A stretch of 55,744 bases of DNA, taken from IMG/VR virus record IMGVR_UViG_3300021958_000031, one strand, 5' to 3'. Each line of letters begins with the position of its first letter. Within the stretch, counting starts at the first letter, position 1. Shown piece after piece: positions 17,963 through 28,400 of this stretch. This stretch comes from an uncultured virus (IMG/VR IMGVR_UViG_3300021958_000031). Its lineage: Duplodnaviria; Heunggongvirae; Uroviricota; Caudoviricetes. Under the pieces are notes generated by a model, which had not been told where the DNA came from, searched no databases, and worked only from the letters and a program-made list of their open reading frames with translations. The translations under genes were made by a program, and so were the position numbers.

Positions 17963-18196
17963 TTATTTATGTAATGTTACAAATTCTCCAAAGTGTTTAT
18001 CGAAAACTTCTAACAGGTTATCGTAATCCCCACCCATCATTTCTGCTGTGAGCTCTCCTCTTTCATCAGGTTGATAGTGAAGTTGTTTTGCTAATTTTTG
18101 AGCCAGACCAATTAATGAAAATGCATTACCATCTGGGCCGCTTAAGTCAACATGGATCATTTCGGATCCAGGCATTGGTTTTGTTGTTATTGCCAT
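17963..18196 (-). CDS. Conserved small phage protein (DLSGPDGNAF motif)
   Basis: Motif DLxGPDGNAF...GDY..LL recurs in phage hypothetical proteins. Confidence 0.65.
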   Translation of the reverse strand: MAITTKPMPGSEMIHVDLSGPDGNAFSLIGLAQKLAKQLHYQPDERGELTAEMMGGDYDNLLEVFDKHFGEFVTLHK

Positions 18197-18492
18197 TATC
18201 TACTTTTTAAAGATTCAATTTTTTCTGTTCCGGTATTAATCATTCTAAATACTTGATTCCACTTACCTTCATCAGCGATCCATTCAATGTCATGAGGCTT
18301 ATGTTTCATTTGCCAATTAGATAAAGCAAATCCACCACCAGACATTTTAAAATCTCCTTCTGAATTTTTCTTAAATTTAAGGTAATGTACATTGTCACAC
18401 ATACAGCTTACCGTTTTAATGATTACCTCTCTTGCGCCTTTCTTTACTGTTAGCCTTGGAGGATTTTGCAGTAGTTCTTGATATTTACTCAT
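18196..18492 (-). CDS. Hypothetical protein
   Basis: 98 aa, CMC motif, directly after an early-promoter motif. Confidence 0.55.
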   Translation of the reverse strand: MSKYQELLQNPPRLTVKKGAREVIIKTVSCMCDNVHYLKFKKNSEGDFKMSGGGFALSNWQMKHKPHDIEWIADEGKWNQVFRMINTGTEKIESLKSR

Positions 18493-18542
18493 TGGTTCAT
18501 TATTTAAATTAAATATAATACATACTAGAGGAATCTGAAAGA

Positions 18543-18848
18543 TTACTTTTCAGTTCTTTCAGATCTCCACTTTTCCATTTGTTCTTTCCTTTTCTTTTGG
18601 ATCTGCTCCCACTCATATTTTTCATAAAGTGTATAAGAGTATTTCCATCCGCAGTCGTCATCATAAATGTCATCTTCGACAACTACAACAGAAGGGCCTA
18701 TAATTTCTTGGAGTCTTTCAAAACCTATAACCGGTTGCCAATAACCAAACCTAAGGTAGTTATGATTACCATTACCCCAGATTCTTCCGATTTCAAATTG
18801 ACCGAACTCATCCTCGATCTTCTTAAGTGTAGAGATATCTATCTTCAT
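18543..18848 (-). CDS. Hypothetical protein
   Basis: 101 aa, directly after an early-promoter motif. Confidence 0.55.
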   Translation of the reverse strand: MKIDISTLKKIEDEFGQFEIGRIWGNGNHNYLRFGYWQPVIGFERLQEIIGPSVVVVEDDIYDDDCGWKYSYTLYEKYEWEQIQKKRKEQMEKWRSERTEK

Positions 18849-18938
18849 ATTCCGTTTAAATTTGTATATTATAAATATAATACAAATTGTTGGGAAATAA
18901 AAATTTTTCCTAGACTTTTTTCAAAAAGTTATTAACAA

Positions 18939-19736
18939 TTATAACGTGATGTTTTCTGCTCTCATTTTTTCTAAGAGTTTTCTAGATATGATTTTTACTT
19001 CTTTAGAGAATTCACCTTTATCAATAATCCATTGAATGTACCTTGCATCCGTTTCATAAACTTCTTTAAACGGTTTACCTTTGTTTTTACCGAAGTTAAA
19101 TACGATTTCTCTCTTTCCGTTTATTTCAGCAAATTTATATTTACCACTAAGGTCTACTTGATCTTTTCTTGATTCATTTACAACATCATCAATTTCTTTT
19201 GCTGTTGTAGGCATATCATAAAGTTCTTTCTGCTTTTGGAATATTTCCATTGTTGCACGAATATCAACATCGGCTCTATGGGCGCCTTCTAAATCCTTTC
19301 CTGTATATTTTTTATATGCAGTACTTAAATCTCTTCTTTCATATTTTGAATAAATTAAAAAAGGATCTATTACAGCTCTTTGGCGATGTGAGAATGCAAT
19401 ACCACTTCTCATAAATTCCTCTACGAGCATTGGTACATCAAAGTAAAGTGCGTTATAACCACCAAGATCACTATCTCCGATAAAGTCTAAAACTTCCTTA
19501 GCTATTAAATCAAATTGAGGTGCATCTTTTAATTGTTCTGGTGTAATACCATGTTTATCTTGAGCCTCCTGTCTCATTACTGCATCAGGGCCAGGATTTA
19601 CTAGTGACTGAAAAGAATCGATTTCGTTACCGTCTACATCGGTCTTAATCATTGCAATTTCAATAATTCTATCATTACTTGGATTTACTCCTGTGGTTTC
19701 TAAGTCAAACCAAACTATGCTTTTTACATTTTCCAT
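18939..19736 (-). CDS. DEDDh 3'-5' exonuclease (DnaQ/Pol III epsilon-like)
   Basis: FDLETTG, GYNALYFD, AHRADVD, C-terminal FNFGKNKG domain. Confidence 0.92.
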   Translation of the reverse strand: MENVKSIVWFDLETTGVNPSNDRIIEIAMIKTDVDGNEIDSFQSLVNPGPDAVMRQEAQDKHGITPEQLKDAPQFDLIAKEVLDFIGDSDLGGYNALYFDVPMLVEEFMRSGIAFSHRQRAVIDPFLIYSKYERRDLSTAYKKYTGKDLEGAHRADVDIRATMEIFQKQKELYDMPTTAKEIDDVVNESRKDQVDLSGKYKFAEINGKREIVFNFGKNKGKPFKEVYETDARYIQWIIDKGEFSKEVKIISRKLLEKMRAENITL

Positions 19737-19826
19737 ATTATACTTTTAAACTATACTATTTCCAGATTCTCTCTGTTAATTTTATATAGTTAAAGTAAGA
19801 AAAGGTTTTAAGATTTAAGGAAATTA

Positions 19827-22800
19827 TTATCCATCTACAACTTCAATTGTAATATCTTGAATTAATCCAGGTAATCGGCTCATTGTAGAATTAAGTTTAC
19901 CAAGTGTGCTATTAAGTCTTACCATTGCACCAGAATCATTACTCTTACCTGTTGATCCACCTGCAGCAGGAGCTCCGCCTTCAGTAGTTGCAGCTTCACC
20001 ACCTCCACTACTTTCTGATAGCAAATCTCGAATATCTTCAACTGCTCTTGTTAAGTCCTTGTATGCTCTTCTGTTTTTGCTAAGTTCACTGGCACCATTA
20101 AATAATCCGGCCATTGCCTCAGCCTTGAAAGGATCAACAGAATTAATAGCCGCAGCAATTTTTTCTAAATCTGTACCTGCTTTAGCTAAACTACCATTGT
20201 CTGCAGCATCTGCTAAATCAGTAATCCAACCTGAGAAATGATTCATAGCAGGTCTCATCATTGCAACGTCTATATAATTCCTTGTAAACGCATCAGCAAT
20301 ACTGTTAAATAATGTACCTATACCTTTTGCTACCTTAGCTGGGTTCTTAACGCTGGCAAATGTAGCTACACCTTTAGCAATACCTGATAGTTCCTTACCT
20401 GCACCTTTTACTGCTTTAATACCTTTTTCTACATTGTTCTCATCCCAAGAAATTAAACCAAATAATGCGGAGTCGGTTGTTTCATTTGAACCGATTGCAG
20501 CAAACGCATCACCAACAAAGGTTAAAGTATTTTTAACTGCATTAGCTAATTTTCCTTTTGGTCTAAAATCAACTTTATCTGCTACCATCTTTTGAAAAGT
20601 TTCTAATCCATCAGCAATGCCTTTCAACTCTTTACCTACGCCCTGTACAGCCTGAACACCTTTTTCTACATTATTCTCATTCCATGTGATTAGACCAAAC
20701 AATGCACTATCTTCGGTTTCATGGCCTGCGACTGCAGCAAATGCATCGCTTATAAATGTTATTGAACCTACAACTGCTTTAGCTAAATCACCTTCTGGAC
20801 TAAAATCAATATTATCTTTTGTAAATCCAATAAATTTAAGTAAACCATCAGCAATTGAATCTAACTCTCTACCAACTCCTTTAACGGAATCAATACCCTC
20901 TGCTACTTTATTCTTTTTAACTCCAAACAGAGAATTCCAGAAACCGCCTGCCTGAACATTACCTTCTCCAGCAACCGCGGCAAATGCAGTACGAATAAAT
21001 CCTATAGTATTTACAATTGCATAACCTAAGGTACCATCTTCATAATTTCCATCACCATCAGGTTCACCAAACTCAATACCTTTGTCTATCATTGTTTGGA
21101 ATTTCATTAAACCATTAGCAATGTCATCTAAGTTTTTCCCAACTCCTCTAACCGAATCAATACCCTCTGCTACTTTATTCTTTTTAATTCCAAATAGAGA
21201 ATTAAAGAATCCACCTGCCTGAACATTACCTTCTCCGGCAACTGCAGCAAACGCCGTTCTAATAAATCCTACAGTATTTGTTATTGCATAACCTAAAGTA
21301 CCTTCTTCATAATTTCCATCACCATCAGGTTCACCAAACTGAGCACCTTTTTCTTGAAGCTTCATAAAGGAGTGAAGTCCTTTTGTAATTTCAGTAAGTG
21401 CATCACCAGACCTCATTACCGATTTAACTCCTCTTTCGGTTGCATTAGGACTAAACGTAGATCCAAACACAAGACCAAATAAACCGCCTGGGTTTGATGG
21501 CTCTCCACCAGCCTGAGCAAAAGCAGCACTAATGGAACCTAATGCAACAGCAAGATCTTCTGAATCTTCTTGCGTAAAGTCAACATCTTTAAACGCTTGT
21601 AAACCTTTTGATAATTCTTGTAATGCTGTTCCTGCTTGCTCATACATTAGAGCGGCACCACCACCTGCAACACTCTGTCCTATTCTACTAAATACATTAC
21701 CAACATTCTTTAAAAACCCTGCCTCAGGTTCTACACCAGAAAATGCTGCAGCAACAGCACCTAATGTAAAGGATAAGTTCTCGGCATCTGTTTTGTTAAA
21801 GTCTACCTTTTTCATTGCTGATAAACCTGGTGCCAATTCTTGTAATGCTAAACCAGCAGCACCATATAAAAGAGGCCCTAATAAAGCAGTACCTGCAGTG
21901 GCAGCAACCGCTATTCCGGCTAACGCCATAATTCCACCTATAGCTACAAGTGTTAATGCTTGAACTCCTACATCTTCTAAAGTGTTGCCCCTAGTCGCAT
22001 CAGCAAACGGAGTATAACCCATACTGAATACTAAAAGACCTAAACCATTTAATGCCATTGCCGCAGCACCAAATATAATGTTTTTCATTCCCATTTTTCC
22101 AACTAAGGCAGCAGCACCACCTATTGCCAATATTGTAGCACCTTGTATAAGAATGTCCCCAATAGAGTTTCCTCTTGTTACAGCTGATAGAGCCAATAGA
22201 CCTAAAGAAAAAGGTAATAATGCTAAACCTACTAATGCAAGACCGAGGGCACCCTTTCTAATTCTCCTAGACGTTTTCTTACCTCCGTAGATAGCAACTG
22301 CACCTGGTACTAATATTAAGGCACCAAGCATACCCCCGATAACAGCAGGTTGGGTTATAATAAATAATGTAGTAAGTGCAAAGGCAGCTAAACCTATACC
22401 AAAGGAAAGAACAGCATCTCCAACTTTATCTAAAGCTCTTGCTCCTCTATAAATCCTTTTAGAAGTTTTCTTACCTCCTATTAATGCCATGACACCACCC
22501 ATTATAGCTATTGAAGCTATTAAGAATGGCATAGCCAACATACCAGGTATAATTAAAAGTGCAGATAAAGCTAATGCTTTAGAGAATTGAAGAATAGCAC
22601 CGCCCATCAGATCTAAGACCTTTACACCTTCCATTGCCTTTTTTGAATCAACATTAGCTAAAGCCTCAAATGAATTAGTTACAAATTCGGTAAATTTAGA
22701 AATAGCCTTTTTTGGTACTAAAGCCCATAACAACATTCCAGTAGCAGTTTTCTTAGCACCTACTCCTAAAAGATTAAGAGTTTCACCAGCACCTGCAACT

Positions 22801-23048
22801 TCCTTTTTACTTTTACCACTTCGAGAAAATATACCTGCCATTGGATTCCTTGAAGTATTTGCTTCAATAGCAGTTAATAAATTAGTTTGTGCAGTTAGTT
22901 GAGCAACTATTTGTTGGTCCAAACCAGCACCACCGCCACCACCACCTGAAGCTGCAATAAGAATATCTAATTTTTCATTAGTCTCCTTTGCAGCAGCCTC
23001 TATTTTTGATAGAGGATCCATTAAATCTTTAAGAGTTACGGCAGCCAT
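19827..23048 (-). CDS. Tape measure protein
   Basis: 1073 aa, Ala/Gly-rich and helical, with a hydrophobic central block and internal repeats. Lies downstream of tube and hub genes. Confidence 0.8.
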   Translation of the reverse strand: MAAVTLKDLMDPLSKIEAAAKETNEKLDILIAASGGGGGGAGLDQQIVAQLTAQTNLLTAIEANTSRNPMAGIFSRSGKSKKEVAGAGETLNLLGVGAKKTATGMLLWALVPKKAISKFTEFVTNSFEALANVDSKKAMEGVKVLDLMGGAILQFSKALALSALLIIPGMLAMPFLIASIAIMGGVMALIGGKKTSKRIYRGARALDKVGDAVLSFGIGLAAFALTTLFIITQPAVIGGMLGALILVPGAVAIYGGKKTSRRIRKGALGLALVGLALLPFSLGLLALSAVTRGNSIGDILIQGATILAIGGAAALVGKMGMKNIIFGAAAMALNGLGLLVFSMGYTPFADATRGNTLEDVGVQALTLVAIGGIMALAGIAVAATAGTALLGPLLYGAAGLALQELAPGLSAMKKVDFNKTDAENLSFTLGAVAAAFSGVEPEAGFLKNVGNVFSRIGQSVAGGGAALMYEQAGTALQELSKGLQAFKDVDFTQEDSEDLAVALGSISAAFAQAGGEPSNPGGLFGLVFGSTFSPNATERGVKSVMRSGDALTEITKGLHSFMKLQEKGAQFGEPDGDGNYEEGTLGYAITNTVGFIRTAFAAVAGEGNVQAGGFFNSLFGIKKNKVAEGIDSVRGVGKNLDDIANGLMKFQTMIDKGIEFGEPDGDGNYEDGTLGYAIVNTIGFIRTAFAAVAGEGNVQAGGFWNSLFGVKKNKVAEGIDSVKGVGRELDSIADGLLKFIGFTKDNIDFSPEGDLAKAVVGSITFISDAFAAVAGHETEDSALFGLITWNENNVEKGVQAVQGVGKELKGIADGLETFQKMVADKVDFRPKGKLANAVKNTLTFVGDAFAAIGSNETTDSALFGLISWDENNVEKGIKAVKGAGKELSGIAKGVATFASVKNPAKVAKGIGTLFNSIADAFTRNYIDVAMMRPAMNHFSGWITDLADAADNGSLAKAGTDLEKIAAAINSVDPFKAEAMAGLFNGASELSKNRRAYKDLTRAVEDIRDLLSESSGGGEAATTEGGAPAAGGSTGKSNDSGAMVRLNSTLGKLNSTMSRLPGLIQDITIEVVDG
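20870..21345 (-). repeat. 267-bp (89-aa) near-identical tandem repeat within the tape measure gene
   Basis: cataatttccatcaccatcaggttcaccaaact at 21041 and 21308. FGEPDGDGNYE.GTLGYAI.NT.GFIRTAFAAVAGEGNVQAGGF occurs twice. Confidence 0.9.
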
Positions 23049-23061
23049 TCAATCTATTTAT

Positions 23062-23355
23062 TTAAAACTTCGGCATACTAATTTTTGGCATAGATGGAGT
23101 TTTATAAGAACTCAATGATTTACCAAACGATTTAGACATGCTGTCTGTATTATATTTATCCGAATAGGATTGAGTATTCTGTTTCTCTTCGTCATTACGA
23201 TCTTTTAATAGATCATTATAAATTTCTAAAGTATATTCATACTCATAGAAAGGTAGCAAATCCAGCTCTGTAGGCTGGAGATGCAACTTTTCTAATAATA
23301 AAACTCTTACTTTATAAAAGTTCAGAAGAGATATCTTGAATAATAAACAGAGCTT
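23062..23355 (-). CDS. Small tail/baseplate assembly protein, start uncertain (possible frameshift extension of the upstream gene)
   Basis: SLLNFYK...LQPTELDLLPFYEYEY resembles the small ORF that follows gp26-like genes. No ATG before the conserved part. Confidence 0.6.
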   Translation of the reverse strand, partial: KLCLLFKISLLNFYKVRVLLLEKLHLQPTELDLLPFYEYEYTLEIYNDLLKDRNDEEKQNTQSYSDKYNTDSMSKSFGKSLSSYKTPSMPKISMPKF

Positions 23356-24316
23356 TGATCCCTCCGGGAAACGTGAGCGGGACTGCGACCTCCTCACCAC
23401 AGCTTTCACACGGATAATTAAATTCCGGCTTTACACCTATTTTTGCTTTTTCAACTAATCTATAGACAATTGAGAATTTACTAGCATCCCATCCTTGGAA
23501 TGATGTAATTGCAGAAAAGATTTCTTTATCATTAAATCCTCTCCACTCTCTCTGTATATAAGGTAATATTGATAATGATGATCTATCCCAAGTCTTACCT
23601 TCCTGTTCTCTTTTTCGTATCCAATCTGTAATGGCTCGCATTACACCGATAGTAGGAGGTGCAATTGTAAGTTCACCATGATTTTTAGTAGGAACAGTAA
23701 AACATTTATTTTCAAAGTCATAATACTTTTCTATTAATTCATCCTGTTCATTAAATTGAAGATTGCCTGTTCTTAGTTCCATAGAATCTTGGGCTTTACA
23801 CGACCCTGTTTTACAATTCTTTTTACCAACCGGCATCATTAATTTATTTTCGCCTTCTTTAAAGGTTAACTCTCTAATAGAAAGGATTAGATATATTCTA
23901 TCCTCTTCTAAAACATCTCTATAAGATCCTCTTTGGTTACCATACATAATTTTTGTACAGCCTACTAGAAGTGAGTTTAGCTTTTCATCAACATCTAAAA
24001 TGTTTTCTTCGTCTAGTGTAGAGAACTCTCTAATTTCACCAACCCTTGCGGCTCTAATATGAATTTCAAAATCTTCTCTATAAAATTGACCACCTGATGG
24101 AAAATTTGCTAAATCTAATTTAACATACCCAGTTAATGATTGTATTCTTTGAATTTCTGGATCATCTACTGAAGTTATACCAGATCCTCTTGTGGTATCT
24201 ATTTTACCTAACTCGGTAATTTTACCTTCTTCGTTTGTTTTTACTTCAGCCTTAGTATCTACTATACCTTCAGCTGCCTCAAATTCTTTCTTAATGTTGT
24301 CTTCGTGACTACTCAT
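23312..24316 (-). CDS. Baseplate hub/tail assembly protein (T4 gp26-like)
   Basis: FPSGGQFY, IRAA..GE, DRIYLILSIR, Cys pairs incl. CESCG. Located between tube and tape measure. Confidence 0.7.
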   Translation of the reverse strand: MSSHEDNIKKEFEAAEGIVDTKAEVKTNEEGKITELGKIDTTRGSGITSVDDPEIQRIQSLTGYVKLDLANFPSGGQFYREDFEIHIRAARVGEIREFSTLDEENILDVDEKLNSLLVGCTKIMYGNQRGSYRDVLEEDRIYLILSIRELTFKEGENKLMMPVGKKNCKTGSCKAQDSMELRTGNLQFNEQDELIEKYYDFENKCFTVPTKNHGELTIAPPTIGVMRAITDWIRKREQEGKTWDRSSLSILPYIQREWRGFNDKEIFSAITSFQGWDASKFSIVYRLVEKAKIGVKPEFNYPCESCGEEVAVPLTFPGGIKALFIIQDISSELL

Positions 24317-24318
24317 AA

Positions 24319-24789
24319 TTATTTAGTTTTTATTAATTGTTTTTCAGGTGCTGTTTCCTCTACAATATGCTCAACTATTAATTGTCTTACATACCTGGAT
24401 ACCGGCAACGGTTTTGTTTTATTTTCCATTGATTTTTGAATGATAATTGCATTTAAATTATCTTCGTCTTCTGGTGTTAAGAGTACTTGTAATTTTTTAG
24501 TAAGTCTCTTTTTCTGTGGAATTAATTCTTGTACGCTTTCGTTATATCCATACTTAGGATTATCGGCTTTATAATTTTTTATCCAAAATTCTAGCCTTTC
24601 CATTATATGGCTTAATGATTCTTCAGATTCAAATTCTTCAAGAATAGTTTTTTGAAAAGATCTTGTTCCAAAATCTTTAACTGCTCTTTTAATATATTTC
24701 CCTGCTCCTAAATTGTTAGGATTATCATTAACTGAATAACCTACATAAACCTTTCCATCGGTTTCATTAACTACTTTAAAGATTGTCAT
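24319..24789 (-). CDS. Degenerate GIY-YIG (Seg-like) domain fused to a ribbon-helix-helix-like C-terminus
   Basis: TIFKVVNETDGKVYVG, GAGKYIKRAVKDFG, FWIK...GYN, then KKLQVLLTPED...VSRYVRQLI. Confidence 0.7.
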   Translation of the reverse strand: MTIFKVVNETDGKVYVGYSVNDNPNNLGAGKYIKRAVKDFGTRSFQKTILEEFESEESLSHIMERLEFWIKNYKADNPKYGYNESVQELIPQKKRLTKKLQVLLTPEDEDNLNAIIIQKSMENKTKPLPVSRYVRQLIVEHIVEETAPEKQLIKTK

Positions 24790-24832
24790 ATGTTTAGATT
24801 ATATAATTTATAATATATATTAGAGTGAAGAT

Positions 24833-24860
24833 AAAAAAACTGGCCCTAGAGCCAGTTTTT
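24833..24860 (-). terminator. Rho-independent terminator after the tail tube gene
   Basis: aaaaaaactggc-cctaga-gccagttttt inverted repeat with a U-tract on the minus strand. Confidence 0.85.
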
Positions 24861-24880
24861 ATAAAAATATTAAGAGTTTA

Positions 24881-25435
24881 TTATGCTCCTACGTTTTCTT
24901 CAACCCAGTGATCACAACGATAAGTCATTGTTAAATCAACTGCGTCTGGAGTTTCATAACTTAATTCATCTACAAAATCAGGTTGACCAGTAGGGAATAC
25001 ATCTTTACAAGTAATCTTTCTAAAGATATCACCTGCTCTGTTATATTGTACAATGATCATACTTCCTACATAGTCTTTCTTTAATCCCATTTCACCAGTC
25101 AATGGATCATAGATTAATTTGTACCAATTACGGAATGTATTGTAAATGTAGTTTTCGTTAGCTTCGTTTAAGTTAAGACTAAAGTTAACAGTCAGATCCA
25201 AAAATGTTTGACCTGGCATACTTGCAAATGAACGGTCAGCAAATTTGTATTTCTGTCCGATTGCATCTACAGCAGGGTTTAAGTTATTTAAACCTCCAAT
25301 AGTTTTAACTTGCTCTAAGATTAAACCCGTATCATCTCCTAGTGGTGAAAATACTGTCACCTCAAAAAGGTTAGGCTGAACTGGTTCGTACCTTTGGCTA
25401 CTGGCCCTTGATTGGGTATAATGTGGTAGTGGCAT
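24881..25435 (-). CDS. Tail tube protein (gp19-like)
   Basis: 184 aa after the sheath. NLFEV, FRNWY, KKDY...VQYNRAG, VFPT..., LSY..., TYRCDHW. Confidence 0.88.
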   Translation of the reverse strand: MPLPHYTQSRASSQRYEPVQPNLFEVTVFSPLGDDTGLILEQVKTIGGLNNLNPAVDAIGQKYKFADRSFASMPGQTFLDLTVNFSLNLNEANENYIYNTFRNWYKLIYDPLTGEMGLKKDYVGSMIIVQYNRAGDIFRKITCKDVFPTGQPDFVDELSYETPDAVDLTMTYRCDHWVEENVGA

Positions 25436-25475
25436 ATTATTTTATTTTTTTTATATATTCTCTTTTAGTTTCTTC

Positions 25476-28400
25476 TTATTGGAAGTTTCCTGAACTAATA
25501 GCACCTGTCTTAAGAATTGTAGTTCTCTGTACAAGAATTTCCATTCCTCTTACTGGTTCAATGTATGTATCTAAGATACCAACATTTTGATCAATAACTT
25601 CTGGTGTGTTATTAGTTTCATCCATTATATTTTTATAATCATAAACACCATCATCATTTTGAACCGTTGATAAGAAGTTATCAGCAAGCGTTTTAATTTC
25701 CAATCTAGTTTGAGCTGTATTAAATTCAAACAGATAGTTTTTCAGAATTGCTTCAATACCATCTTGGATGTAAATTACAACCTCTCTACAGTTAATAGAA
25801 CTTAACGCGGATTTTGTAGTCTGCTGTGCAGTTTTATTTGCAAAGATTGTTGGCCCAGTTCCACTTTGGAATACAATTGGATTCAATCCAAATGGTTCTA
25901 AGTATTCTCTGTCCTCTTTTCCAAGATTAATTTCTAATCCTACAACACCTGATCCACCTACAACACCTCTACGAACCCCTGCAACTAATGACCATGGTAA
26001 AGCATTTTCATATTTTGCAATAAAGTTATTTGAAACATATGCAGCTGGTACAACATTTATATTTCTACCTAAATCCCTAACCGTAATAAACGGATAATAG
26101 AATGCTCCCCAACTCGCACCTTGTGTTGGTGACGGTAATGAGTATCTTACTGTTGGATTCTTAGCAAGATCACCACCAGTAGAAATAAATCTAGATGATA
26201 AGCTTCCAGTTAGATCTTTAAATGATGGATCTGTATTGTTCTTAAAGTCTTTGGCCGATGGAGCATTTAATATAGCAAATGCGTTCTTTCTAGTAGAAGC
26301 CAATATTGTATAAATTGCCTTAGATCCACTTTCAATACCGTTTCCGAATGTATCTACAATATACCTAAAGTTAATTACATCTCTATCAGTTAATGCCTTA
26401 AATAAATTTGTTCCATTTAAAGTTCCATTTAATATAGCATTTTGCCTTTCGTTTGTTCCATTAGGTACATGTCTTGTGCTATCTAATTTAAAACCATCTA
26501 AAGTAAATACATTTAAGTAATCAACCCACTTATCAATAGGATAATATAATTCTACCTTAACTACACCAGCGGCTGTTGTGGTTGCGATTTCACTTTGGCA
26601 TGTCACTAATAATGCAGTTTTACCTGCAGGAATAGTACTAAATTCGGCATTAGTTAATCCACCTTGTACAACATTCATTCTTGTTAATCTTGAATGTGGT
26701 GTTGAAGCATCACCTTCAAAATGTACTAAATAATTTCCTACAACTACATCAGCAGCATCAGGGTTATCAGATGCAATTAATACTTGGTTAGGTTTTAACG
26801 CAGGCTCGGTAATAGAATCTGAAATAATATCAATAGAAACATTATTAGCACCTTTCAGTGTTTGGACTCCTAATGTACCTGCCGGGTAAGTAATACCTGT
26901 AGTTGAATATTCTGTGTCTATAAAGAAACCACCATTAGCAGGATCTAAAGTAAACTCAACATGAGGAGTTATATTATTAAATGCATCTTCTTCATAAGGG
27001 GTTACTTGAACCGATGGTAAATTATACTCTGCATCTGAAATAGCAATAGTCGTTAATGCAGTAGTTGGTGTTGCAGTATGAATAAAACCGTAGTTAACAG
27101 CATTAAATACTAAGTAACTTAAATACTCATTACCACCATTTAAATATACAGCTTCATCACCATCAGTAAGAGTACCATTTGAGAATTGGCTATATAATGT
27201 TGATCCGTAACCTCCTATAATATTAGAATTGGTTGGATCTGCTAACGGTGCTTCATCAGTAACAAAACCTAAATCCTGTTCATTGATGTATGTGTAAGTT
27301 GCTCCAACTGTTGGAAAACATGTTGAATCAATAGTCCCATTTGAACCAGATAAAATTAAAGTTACAGTATTACCTACAACCTGGTGTGAAGTTACTGGAA
27401 CAAATACAGTAGCACCACTTAAATTAATAGCTTCAATATAACTACCTACAATTACCTCAGTGTTAGCAGTCATACCTGAGAATGCGTCAAATAATGAATC
27501 ACCAACAGAACCTTGTACTTGAATCTGTACATCACCGCTAGTTAAATCTACAACTGAAAGAATATCACCAGTACTTTGATCAACAACATTTGGAGTAACA
27601 CCTGTACCTGCATAGCTTAAATCAGATACAATTGATCCACTGTATGATAAGAAATTAACATCATCTTGTAATGATGTAGCTTGAGTATATTCAAGGTTAT
27701 GGCCTATCATATCAATACCACCAGCAACACCATCAATTAATGTATCACCGTCAAATAAATCTTCATTTACCGCGACAAATACACCAGTGCTTGCTGTATC
27801 AGCATTAATAACTTTTTCAACAAAAAGGTTATTACCTAGTAAGTCTGTAAAGTTAGGAAGTAATGATGCAGTATAAGTTGCAATTAAATCAACTTCTGAT
27901 TCATTAAAGAATTCTGCTATTTTAGAATCTGTTGCATCAGCTTGGAATATTCTTCTCTTTAAACCTTGTACTTTATCAAAATACTGCTGGAATATTGGAT
28001 CTGCCGCAAACCTTTCATAAGGTGTTGCAGAACTAAAGTCTCCACCAAAGTTACCATTAATAATAAATACATCTACTAAGAAGTCAGATACTAAACTATC
28101 TTTATCTAAATAGCCTGGTACATTTGCAGCACCATACCATTCTTCTGCAGTTACATTAAATCCTGTAGAGTTTGCATCTGATGCCTTTCTTACAATAACT
28201 GAAACTGGATTTTGTCCTAAATTAGTAAAGTCCAATAAATCATTAGTAGTCGTAGAACTAAACGCTAATTTATTAGCGCCTACATTATCAAGGAAGTCTT
28301 CCGATGATGGATAAAAGAATTTATCTCTGTTGTACATTTTTTGATATTCTGCCATTGCCCCTCCATTAAGTTGTGCTTCAGGGGTTGCAGATGTACCAAA

